This document shows positions 12,681 through 24,015 of a stretch of 64,000 nt of DNA, one piece after another; the stretch's first letter is position 1, and the number at the start of each line of letters is the position of its first letter. The position numbers and the translations under genes were made by a program. The DNA is from Callorhinchus milii (taxonomy: Eukaryota), in contig NW_024704743.1 in NCBI RefSeq assembly GCF_018977255.1, positions 88,972,001 to 89,036,000 of the forward strand, read 5' to 3'. The notes under the pieces were generated by a model. That model ran no database searches. It had not been told where the DNA came from and saw only the letters and a program-made list of their open reading frames with translations.

Positions 12681-13186
12681 AAATGTAATCTGCTGCAATG
12701 AGTCTGTTGGCTGCAGAAGGATCACACATTGGAAATAGAGCCTGATATAGGGTTAGGGTAATTGCAACGCCTGCCTGAGTGGTGGGCAATGATTAATAGA
12801 GACGTCCACAGTCTGATAAAAGCCATAAATCCAACCAAAGCCTATCCACGTAGGCATACCTTGTCCCTGATTTACTAATGGTGGTTCTTTGCTCCCCACA
12901 GCACAGAGCCCCATCACTGACAAGATCCCACTTATGCCCCTGATTGTCAGCGATGGTCAGTAGGATGTGCTATACTTCAAAAATCCTTTTGGAAAGACGA
13001 ACATTCCAAGCCTACCATATTCCCTACTATTAAACAAATTCCATTGATCAATGAAATTTTCTTTTTCATCTTCATGGTGTCATTATTGTCTGTTGACAAG
13101 TAATCTTTATCTGATTTCATTGGTGAACTGCTTGAGCTAACTGGCTCTACAGAGCAGATAATTCCTGTGGCCATTGTCTGCTCCAT
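12681..13186 (-). pseudogene. Disabled first coding exon of an SLC7 HAT light-chain gene (y+LAT, SLC7A6/SLC7A7-like)
   Basis: Across frameshifts it reads MKKKISLINGICLIVGNMVG/GMFVFPKGFLKYSTSY*PSLTIRGISGILSVMG/ALCCGEQRTTISKSGTRYAYV/FG/GFMAFIRLWTSLLII/PTTQAGVAIT..QALFPMCDPSAANRLIAADYI. It ends at a GTAAGT donor (12679-80) and has several frameshifts plus one in-frame stop. Confidence 0.9.
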
Positions 13187-15871
13187 TGTATACCCAGGTA
13201 AAGATTTTAAAATAATAAGGAGCACAGTCATATTCATTTGACTACTTCACAGAATATTGATAAAAGTGATTGGCAGACACAACAGAAAAATAGATTTTCC
13301 AGAGTCAATGTACATCATATATTCACCCACAAAATACACAACAGTCACTACACTGTACGATATGTCCTGTGAAGCATGTTGAGATGTCTTGACAACTTGA
13401 TATCAAAATGCAAGAATTTGTTTATGCCACAGAAAAGGTCTATTTAATTTTGTGAGGATTTCAAGTCAGGTTGTGTAATCTTATTCTCCAAATTTTGCCG
13501 TTAACTCTACAAATGTAAAAATGTCATTTTGAGCCCTTTATTGTTTCAAAGATCTGATTGTACAAACAGCTCTTTAAAACATTAAAACAAATATAATTTT
13601 GTTTTTTGCACACTGTTTGTAAGTAGAAATTCCCCCTATTAACAGAACGTATCAGAAAGTGTTGAATTCAGTCTTAACTTTGAAGCCCGTTCTCCGTGCA
13701 AAACTCTGAACTTGCAGAAACTTGGCTTCAAAATGTCACTAATTGAAAACAGAAAAGAGTTTCCCACGGTGTCCTGGCCAACAATCCTCCACATGAAATT
13801 GATCATTTGCTTCATTGTTTTTTGTAGGACATTGCCATGCACAAATTGGCTGCCATGTTCGCCTAAAACATACAAAATAGTTACACTTTACAGTAAAATG
13901 CTGTGAAGAGTTTTGGTAAAGCACCATATCAAATGCAAAGATAATTGTTATTATTAACAGTTCGACAATGATCAAACAGATATACACCACAAGGTCACAT
14001 CCACCATTCATTTGGCATCCTATTTGCATTACCCAAGATATCTTGTCCTCATGTCTTTTGTAATTCAGATAAAACCCACCTTGTCAACACAAACAAGAAG
14101 GAAAAATGTGATTATCAGGTTTTGTGGTATCACCAAACCAAAGTTATTTTAATTTAGTTCCTGCTTAGAGAAAAAAAGGAAGGAGCTTTGAAATCAGATT
14201 TGAGTCAATCAGGCAATTCATAACCAAACTGTAAGCTCTGAAACTGGGTGATTAATAATAATCTTTGCGTTTGATATAGCGCCTTATCACATCTTCGAAA
14301 CATCTCAAAGTGCTTCACAGAATATACCGTAAAGCGAATTGACTATATATTTTGTGGGTGAAACACGGCAGCCAATTACACACAACAGTGTCCCACAAAC
14401 AGACGTGGATTGAAGTGACTAATTTATTCTTTTGATAGATTGGGTGAGGCAGTTTGGTGAGGAAATCAGGCATATTTATCAGACAGAGTCCGATAACTCT
14501 CTTAAAACATTAAACTTCCAATGAGATGCATTATTAAGAAATAATCTTGGAATTCCTGTATATTAGACCCTGGAAACAGGATGGAAAACATAATAATGGA
14601 AAATTTAAATTACTGTAGAGAATATAGAAGTAACACAAAATGGGGAACAGAAAGAGAGCAGGAAGTAAACAGAGAAGATAAAACAAGAAAGGGAAATTTT
14701 AAGTATGTATTTTACAATATTAGAATAAACACAAATGCATTTTGGTAGCATTATTGATGTTAAATTAATTGTGAATCACACGTGAAGTGCTAAAAAATGG
14801 CTTATATAAAAGTGTATCATTCTATATACATTAATATTAATATAGTGTGGGTAGGGTAGGGATTAACATTTTTATATCAATTCACCTTACTCCACTGGTT
14901 GAAGCATACTGTGCTTGGGAGTATTTTATGCAATGCCTGAAGTCCACTTGTGGTGCTAACAGTGTTCAGGAGTCTTACGTTATTATTAAATTTAGCTCCT
15001 GGGTCCAGGCTAAATGCCACCTGCTATTTTCACTCCAGGCTTTGAAAAACTGTCTTCACATTTTGACCAAAACTGCCACAGAAATCTGTATCCATTTCTG
15101 CTTTCCACTATATTAATGGGTAAGATTTAATGTTACAGAGACTAAGCTAAACGTTGCACTTTGGAAAGCTGTGGAAGTGAACCATGCTAACCACACTGAA
15201 TCAGCCGGATTTCTGACTAGTTACATTTACATTACACAGGAACATAAGAATGTGCAAGGCCGGAAAAGGCCATTGTGTTGCATCAGATCCGTCCTCCCAA
15301 AATACACACTAATCTGACTCTTGAACACATGTCTTCACCACTTACATACAGCAGCTATTATCTTATTCCTTCTTGAAGTTGCTGACACTGTTCACCCAAC
15401 CAGGCCAATAACAACAGATGCATCACTCACAAGTGCTACATAAAGCCTGATTTACAGCCCTAGCACCAACATTCATATTTCTCCATAAATGTTTGCAAAG
15501 TATGGCAATATGTTTTACCTCTGTTTACCTAGCAGTAAGTGGGAACCTGGTTGTTAGTCAATTGGTGGATTGCTGCGCAGTGTCCAAATTAAATTGCCTG
15601 TCATGTTTCGCCTGCAAAATACACAGTCAATTCAATTTACAATATATTCTGTGAAGCGCTTTCACATGTTTCAAAGATGTAATATGGCACTGTATCAAAT
15701 GCAAGAATTATCATTAATAATAATATTTTCAAGACTTTGTCATTCCTACAATGGCACCTTCAGATTTATTTTGATTCAAAATTTAGTCCATATTCTTAAT
15801 CGACTTGGGGATTGGTCATGATAATACAATCAATTTTGCATTCTACATCTTGTTGCCTCGCACTAAGCTTC

Positions 15872-16318
15872 ATGACCAATCACCTGGCTCCCTATCCTCC
15901 TGGGGTTCGAGTTTAAAATCCTTGCGCTCACCTTTAAAGCCCTCCACAGTCATGCTCCGCCCTACCTCTGTTACCTTCTAAAACCCTACCAATGTGTCTG
16001 CCCACTCCACTTGACCTACTCCGTATCCCCTGCCCTGCCCCCTCCATTATCGGACGTTGGGTTTTCAACCTTTCTGCACCCATCCTCTGGAACTCCATCC
16101 CAGAATCCCTCATGCCATGCCCCTTAGCTTGCGTCCTTCAAGGCCCAACACAAAACCTTCCTCTTTGACCCCTCCCTGAGTCATCTTCCCACCACCATAC
16201 TCCTTGACTTCACCCCTTTTGACTCCAGCCCACAATTTGGGTGCAAACGCTTGACCGTCCAACACCTTCGGACGTCCTCCCAACTTGAAAGGTACTGTAT
16301 AAATGGAATTTTATGTTG
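15872..16318 (+). mobile_element. L2 3' fragment
   Basis: Diverged match to the 3' end of the 7101-9663 L2, including the gacgtcctccc tail. Confidence 0.8.
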
Positions 16319-16400
16319 GCACAGCTCGGATACAGACCCAAACCATTGCTCAGTGGTAAGGAATATGTCTCCAAGCTGTGAGCAGGAAGATACAATAAAA

Positions 16401-16703
16401 AATAATAATAATCCTTGCATTTGATATAGCACTTTTCACATCTTTTAGATGTCCCAAAGCACTTCACAGACTGAATTGACTGTATATTTTATTTATCGAA
16501 AGGCAGCAGCCAATTGTGCACAGCAGTGTCCCACAAACAGTCATAGATTGAGTGACCAATTTATTATTGTTTTTATTTTCTTGAGGGATTATTATCAGGG
16601 ATGTTCAGTAAGGAAACTTGTCCAAGGTTTCGCCCTGCCACGAATCGAACCCAGGTCTCTCGCTTGCGAGGCGAGTGTTCTAACCACTGAGTTACAGGAC
16701 TCC
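16401..16703 (-). mobile_element. tRNA-derived SINE (CGC-loop subfamily)
   Basis: Head rc: gagtcctgtaactcagtggttagaacactcgcctcgcaagcgagagacctgggttcgattc; same body and tail as the young copies. Confidence 0.9.
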
Positions 16704-18294
16704 AAAGCTGATTGAATTTCTCTCACACATTTCATGCTGAGCTGTGTTGCTTATCAGGAAGTTTGCAGGGAGCTCCTGGTATCTGCCATTGATCCATGAG
16801 GGCTCAAACCCATGCTTGTCAGATGTCAAATGACCAACGAGTGAGTATCCTCCTAAGTGAATCTCCTTGGAACTTAACTGACTCCAAGGTGATATTCTTG
16901 GCAATGGAATGTCAGTATTTGAGTCAACTCTCTGTGGCAGTCTCGGTTTCTGAGTAAGGTGGGTCCTTTCAGTCTAAGGCAGTGCTGATGACAGACAATG
17001 TGGCTCATTAACAGGGCTTGAAGATTCAGACTGCATCGAGAGCAGGGATTTCTTCTCACTCAGCTCCTGTTAACCCTGTCCTAGGTGTATAACATCTTTA
17101 CAAAAACCAGCAGTTGTGAAACAGCTCACTTAATGAAATCAGAATGCTTCCTATTTAAAATTGTTAATAAAACACTGTCTTACAATATTTAATGCCTACG
17201 AATCAAAATAACTATAACTAGATCTACTGTATCACACACAATGTTTTAACTATTTAATAAGATAACATTTCTAAATAGCTGGGACTTTGCAGGAAATAAT
17301 AAAACAAATTTATAATTGATAGTTATTGTTAGGAAAGATTCCAACCAGATGCTGATTTGCATGTTCAAACAAATTTCTAAATAATTTTGAGCATTGCAGA
17401 TTCCTTCACATGAAGCAGATATGAATTACTAATGCAGAGCCTGATCCGAAATGGTAAAGAGTGCTACAGTCAATCAATAGTGCCATTAAATAGCATTAGT
17501 GTCACTTGAGAAGCTATTTTAATCCTGTTGCAATCTTGTAGAAGGACAGAAGTTCTAAGCTGTACTGTTACTAGAAAGGGGTGGGGAAGAGAAGTTAGAG
17601 TTTGGAGATGTAAGTCTCCTCTATTCCTACCTAATTGTACTTCTATATCTCGCACACTATTAGCACTTGTGCTACTTTTTTTTTGATCACTTTTACTCTC
17701 CTTGAAAGTATCTTTCCCCCAAAATAAATGAAACAAAGGCTCCAGTGTTTGACCAGGCGAGAGTTTTAAAATAACATTTATCTAATTTTCCATTTCATTC
17801 ATTGACTTTTCATGTTTGGGTGTGGGACTGGTTCCTTTAACAGCTACTTTAACACCTTAGAGACCAGAGAGCTACCAACTGAGCCAAGCTGACAGCTTGG
17901 CAGAGTGAATAAATCATAAGTTACATATACTTTGGGCGGCACATTTGGCACTAGCATTGAAGTTTCAAAACACTGGGTGAATTGTCCAGAAACTGTTTAA
18001 TATGGCAATATGGACACTCCGTTTGTATTGATTTATTGAGGGAGATGGTGTAAACTCCTGATAACTCGACCCTGCCTAACTCATCACTATCACTTATGTT
18101 GTTGTTTCATCAATATCCCAAGCACTTTCCATATAAACTGCTTGCTGTACCTGTTGCAGCTTTGCTTGCAACCAAAGCATCCAATATGGAATGTAGATTG
18201 ACACAGAGAGACACAGACAGACATTTCGCCTTTATCTATACTCAGCTGGGAGGACTCCTTTTGGGAGGACTCAGTGGGAGGATTCCTTTAATAT

Positions 18295-18553
18295 ATTTTC
18301 TCTCCCAGTCTCTCTATCTCTCTCTCCCAGTCTCTCTCTGTGTCTCTCCCAGTCTCCATCTCTCTGTCTCTCTCTCAGTCTCTCTCTCTCCCAGTCACTC
18401 TGTGTCCCTGTTGCTTTCTCTCAGTGTCTCTCTCAGTCTCTCTCTCTCTCTCAATCTCTCTTTCGCAGTCTCTCTCTGTCTGTCTCTCCCAAAAACACAC
18501 AGTCACTACACTTTATAATATATTCTCTCTCAGTGTCTCTCTCTGTCTCTCTA
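18295..18553. repeat. (CT)n-rich low-complexity microsatellite
   Basis: Repeated tctctc(cc)ag units. Confidence 0.95.
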
Positions 18554-19641
18554 TTGATATGATCAAGAAAATGTATTTTGTTGGCCAACTGTAAGGGTTG
18601 GCCACCACAGGAATAGATGGATTTTAGGCCTCCACTATCTTAAAAAAAAGTGATGCAAGGGTTTGTTGTGTTAAAGCTTCGACTTTACTAACCAGGGGAT
18701 TTCCTGCCCAACAAATAAAATAAAAATATTTACAAATATGTGAGTTGTGGAAATAATGGTGGTTTTTCCCTCAAAATTTACTTCAGGTTTTCCAGTGACT
18801 CACAGGAAATGATCTGCATACATTGTATAAATAAGAATCACAAGTCCGACAAGCCATTGGTCTTGGAATAAGTGTATGGATTTCACTTTATGCCTCTGTT
18901 GAAGAGAATGCCTCATACTGTAGAATGATTTCCAGTAGTCCTGCAGTAAAAGGGTTAGTGTATTTATATTATGCCAGAAATGCACCTCAGCTCTCCAAAA
19001 TTCCAGGTGGAATGTCAATAGTTAACTATTAACGCTTCTGTTCCTGTATATGATACTCACCTCCCAGTTCTGCTGCCCAGAATTCTCTCCCACTATATGC
19101 AAATTTTCATATATTTTAATCACTCATTGCAGGTATATTTCTGATGCTAAGAAAGCTTTGACAATTTTATTTTTTGAATGAATGAATTAATTAATTACTC
19201 TTAATTCATAAAAGCTACACATGAAACAGTTGACAAGGCAATAAACAAGGTCTTCAAGTGGAGGTTATTCCTAAAAGATTCTAATCAGATGCTTTGTTAG
19301 TTAAGATTCAGGGATTTGTATTTGTTCTACATTTGTAAATGTTAAGGTAAGGTAAAAACAAACCTTGCATTTGATATTGTACTTGAAGAGGATGTCTCAA
19401 AATGCTTCACAGGATTTACTGTAAATTCATAATGACGGCTATGTTTTAGGTAAACAAGACAGCCAAATTGCTCAGATGAATGTCCCACAAACAGCCAAAA
19501 ATGACCAATTTTATCTGGGATATTGTTGGACAGGACACCGGGAAAACCTCCCTTTTCTTTACAAGTTGTGCCATGGGATGTTTAACGTCAACCTGAACAG
19601 CCAGATAGGACCTTAGTTTAATGTCTCATCTGAAGGACAGT

Positions 19642-20384
19642 TAGAATTGCCACCTGGCTGTTTTTTAATTAGCCTGGTCATTTTTATATTACCATGTCAG
19701 TCGAAAAAATTCAATGCGCACTTGTTTTACAGTGCCGGGATGCATTTGTGAGTGTGTTTGTGTGATAGAGAGAGACCATTCCAAGAAATTTTTAGAAAAA
19801 ATCTATACAGTAAACTCCTGATAACTTGACCCTGGCTTTACTTGTCACTATCACTTAAGTCATCATTGCTGTCAATATCCTGGCCACATATAATAATTAT
19901 TTGGTGACTCAACCCTCAACTGTTTGTAGGAAACATTTGTAGTGCCCATTTCGCCCACAAAATATACAGTCAATTCACTTTACAATATAATTTGTGAAGC
20001 GCTTTGAGATGTTTAGAAGACATGATAAGGTGCTGCATCAAATGCAAGGATTATTATTATTGCTATGCCTAACTCACTACTCCAGATAACTTGTCGCTGA
20101 GCCCTATTCCCTCAGAGTAATGAGTTATCAGGAGTTTACTGTATGTTAATTAAAGTGAATCAGAAACTGGGGACTAATGAAGAGGGACACATAAGCCAAC
20201 TGAGTCATGAAAGCACAGGATTAGGTAAGAAAAAGGAAATAGCAAAAAACTACACAAATTGTGTTTTTTTGTGTAAAATGGTTCTCTAAAACATGTTAGT
20301 GCTGTAGTTGCCACGAGGGCCCTTTTTGTTGGTAAATGGTGGCCAGTGGCCGTTTTGTTTTATGTCTCAGAGGTGGCAACCCTT
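19642..20384. mobile_element. hAT (Blackjack/Tip100-like) non-autonomous element
   Basis: TIRs tagaattgccacct / aggtggcaaccctt. The 8-bp flanks aggacagt / ggggcggt differ only by A/G transitions. Confidence 0.65.
19808..20141. mobile_element. Tc1/mariner (pogo/Tigger-like) MITE
   Basis: Perfect 19-bp TIR cagtaaactcctgataact / agttatcaggagtttactg flanked by TA on both sides. Partial second copy at about 18050-18140. Confidence 0.88.
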
Positions 20385-20589
20385 GGGGCGGTATCTCAGT
20401 CAATGCAACAATTCCCCCCAGTATTGCACTGGAGCATTAACAACAACAAATTACATTTCTGTATTGCCTTTCAGGTTGGGATGATGTCTTAAGATGCCTA
20501 GACTATGAGCTCAAAATCTTGATGAGGAATTTGAAACAACAACCTTCTGACTCAGACAAAAATGATGCCAAATGAGCTAGCCTGCGGAT

Positions 20590-21349
20590 CAAAACTCTTC
20601 AACCTCCCTGGACTCTCCCTCATACTCACCGAACCAGTGCATAACCTAAGCGTCCAGTTCGACCCCCAGCTGTCCTTCCTCCCCGACATCCAGTCCCTAA
20701 TCATAACCGACTTCTTTCACTTCCACCACACTGCCCACCTCTGACCGTACCTTACCCAAAAATGCAGCCGAAATCCTCGTGCATGCGTTTGTCACCTCCG
20801 TCTGGATTACTCAAACGCCCTCCTCATCGGTCTCCCCAGCTCCACTATTCAAAAGATCCAGCTTATTCAGAACTCTGCGCCCACATACTGACCTGGACCA
20901 AACTCTGTACCCACATCTCACCAGTTCTGGCCAGGCTCCACTGGCTCCCCATCACCAAGCAGATCGACTTCAAGATCTTCACACTCATGGTCAAATCCCT
21001 TCACTCTCTGGCATCTCCCTACCTCTCCTACCTCCTCACTCCTCAATCCACCACCCAGCACCTCCATTCAACTGGCACCGGCCTCCTGCTCATCCCTCAC
21101 ACCCTCCACCCCACCATTGGCGGGAGCGCTTTCAGTCACTATGTCCCAAAACTCTGGAACACTCTCCCTCAATCCTCCGCCTTGCCACCTCTCTCCACTC
21201 TTTCAAGTCCCACTTGAAAACTTTCCTCTTCGACCGTGCTTACCGCCACCTCCCCCCCCACTGGGTCGGAGTTCGGCTCCGCCAGTGTTAAGTGCTCTGT
21301 GATGCGACCCTGCATGGAGGGCGCTGTATGAGGGCAAGTTATTGTTGTA
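20590..21349 (+). mobile_element. L2 3' fragment (different subfamily tail)
   Basis: [22 protein letters not shown] and [13 protein letters not shown] motifs; TTGTTG tail. Confidence 0.9.
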
Positions 21350-21879
21350 GGGTGACACCTGGATGGGGCGATAGCACAATAAGTTGATGCATTTAATGTG
21401 TTGTACCACAGGTGGGGTGGGTATGACAGATTCGTTGGCAGTGCTCGGGTATGCATGTGGTCAACATTTTTTCTCACGTGATCAGTTTCTCCCTTGAATT
21501 AAGTCACAGAAACAGTTCAACTGAATGAACATTAGATGGCGTCCATGTCTGGGGAAACTCAGGACTTTTGACGGCTGTTTCTCCTGATACCACATGCAGA
21601 CACAATGAGGTCTAAAATTGACCTCAGATTTGAGAATATCCAATCACAAAATTCACAAAAGGGTAAATTGCGAAACCCAACCTAGTGAAGTCCAAGAAAG
21701 GTTTCAGTCATTTCCTGCTTGTGTTTTGCTCCTAGTCTGTTATTTTTTTCTGGAGTTTGCTGGCTTGCGATTCATGATGTGCTGTATTGTGAATACAGTA
21801 TTCACAATCATAAATTATTATTAACAAATCAAACCCCACTTGCAGATATCACAATGTAAACCCAATTTTCCTTTTTTAT

Positions 21880-22232
21880 ATAATAATAATTATTTTATTT
21901 GCTATAGCATCTTTCACACTGAAACAAAGTATTTTTCAGTCATTACTGAGACTGTTTATTTGTAGGTGAACGTGGAAGAAAACTTCTGCTAGACAATGTC
22001 CCACAATGTCTCACACACAGCCATTGATAAATGACCAATCTTATTGGGGAATTTTGGGCCAGGACACCGGGAGAAATTTACTTCTCTTTTCAAATAAAGT
22101 TATCAGATCTTTTACATCCACATGAAAAGCAGACTTCGGTTTAACATCTTATCTGAAGGATGGTACCTTTGACAATGCAGTACACCTCCATACTGTGCTG
22201 AAGTGTCTGCCTAGACTGTGAGTTCAAAGTCT
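21880..22232 (-). mobile_element. Deu-domain SINE (further diverged copies near 36310-36920, 37765-38075, 41570-41870, 48325-48750, 52915-53272)
   Basis: ggccaggacaccgggaga...gatcttttacatccac core; the same core is visible at the other listed positions. Confidence 0.75.
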
Positions 22233-23156
22233 CTAAAAAATTAAATCAATGTTTTTAGTCGAAAACAGATTTCTTATATCTGCTGTACCAGTTATACCAG
22301 ATGTTACATTCAGTAATTGTACACAAGACTACATTGCTTTTCAATTAAACATAGTTCATAGGTAATGATATAATACATAGGTAGTGATATAGTACATAGG
22401 TAGTTTGGGACATATGTGCGTGCGACTGCCAGAAAGGTGGAAGGTGAACTGGACCTTGGTCTTTTTTTGTCCAGCATTTCTTATGTTCTTGTGTAACATT
22501 ATTTTGTATTTCATCATTAACACTACATTAGCAAGATTGAGTCCTAAATTGTCTGAATATTTGTATAAAGAACATTAACAAGAGAAGTGAGTGCTAAATT
22601 GAGTCATAGGATAACAATCAGGAAGCCTAGCTTTAAACTGGACTGAGACATGCGTAAATTCCACAGTAATCTGAGGCATGTGGGATATTAGATTAAATTA
22701 TGTGTTCCCATGTCAGATAGACAAGTATGTCACAATCAAAATGTCTCAGCACCTTCATGTTTATGCATTTTCTTTTATCATCTATGATCTCAGATCAACT
22801 CTCTCCACATGTCTCTTTCAGCTGGGCGAATCTGGGCTCATAGATTTCCTTGCAACCATTCTATTCATAGACTGTTACCACACAGAAACAGACCATTTAG
22901 CCCACAAATCTGCTGTGTTAAACAAGATGTGTTAGAAATTCTGGGAAGCAAAGGGTTAACGACTAAAGACTGGGAGGTGGCATGTGGGACCGGATTATTG
23001 AATTGCAATGTGTTAATGATACCTTTCATTTGTCAAATTGTTTGGGGAGAATAATTAGAAATGTTATCACCACTATGGTGATTGATTTGATTGAAAGAAT
23101 TTCCCCCCTGCTCCCATCTCATTCTTTTTTTGATTTATTTTTCACTCTGAGATCAA

Positions 23157-23476
23157 GTGTCCTGTAGCTCAGTGGTTAGAGCAATCGCTTTGCAAGCGAG
23201 AGACCTGAGTTCAATTCCAGGCAGGGCGAAACCTTGGGCAAGTTTCCTTACTCCACACAGAGCCTAATAATAATCCCTCCAAAACCAAAAACAATAATAA
23301 AATTGGTCATTTTCAATCTACGACTGTTTGTGGGACATTGCTGTGCGCAATTGGCTGCCACGTTGGCCCACGAATATACAGTCAATTCACTTTACAGTGT
23401 GTTCTGTGAAGCGCTTTGGGACGTCCTCCCGTGAAAAGCGCTATATCAAATGCAAGGATTATTATTATTTATTATT
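23157..23476 (+). mobile_element. tRNA-Ala-derived SINE with L2-like tail, full length (young subfamily)
   Basis: A box TAGCTCAGTGG, anticodon-like loop TTTGCAA, B box GTTCAATTCC, central body, tail gggacgtcctccc..gtgaaaagcgctatatcaaatgcaagga(TTA)n. Confidence 0.93.
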
Positions 23477-23856
23477 AAGTGGGCAGCAATAATACAGATA
23501 CCAGAGTATGTGGGGGTTGGTATGAATAGCTGGTCAATCAGATCTTTTTTTTAAAGGTCAGTGACCTAGTGACTTCTCCTACTTGTGCCTTTGAGGTGTT
23601 CCTTCACTAACTGCACATAAGTAGTTTCTATAAGATCTGAGAACAATTGAGGCTTCCACACTCAAAGACCAGATGAGGCAAGCTTCTCCTTTTCGCTTTC
23701 ACTTTGAAGAGCATGCAGTGAGGCTGTAATTCAATTTGATAATTTTCCACTGGTGTGTCTAAAGAGATTCATTTTCTTTCAGTGTGAATACTTTTTTGTT
23801 TTTCAAAATTCTGAATGGTTTTGATAAGAGTACATTTGATAAGAGTACAGAGTACT

Positions 23857-24015
23857 TCTCTTTGGCCGTGCCTTCAGCTCCCCTCTCGACTCTCTACCCT
23901 CTCCTCGCTCCCTCACCCTGACCATTTCCCCCTTGCTCGGGTCCTGACCCAACTGTACAGCTCCTTGGGATGTCCTCCCGACGTGAAAGGCGCTCTATAA
24001 ATGGAATCTTGTCTT
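23857..24015 (+). mobile_element. L2 3' UTR fragment (young subfamily)
   Basis: Near-identical to 9490-9655. Confidence 0.9.

Larger units (their letters stand above)
19362..20585 (-). mobile_element. Deu-domain SINE split by nested DNA transposons
   Basis: SINE tail and core at 19362-19641; the SINE resumes at 20385. Confidence 0.78.

Noticed and set aside
13638..13695. Similarity to the RIPK2 210-nt linker exon (shared ttgaattcagtctt)
   Set aside because: A 14-mer match is expected by chance in 64 kb and there is no extended alignment.
18096..18594. 140-aa and 84-aa Ser/Leu-rich ORFs
   Set aside because: Artefacts of the (CT)n microsatellite.
18695..18704. NF-kB-like site GGGGATTTCC
   Set aside because: A single 10-mer without cluster or conservation evidence.
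23157..23230. tRNA-Ala gene
   Set aside because: The cloverleaf is followed by a SINE body and tail and recurs in many copies, so it is a SINE head.
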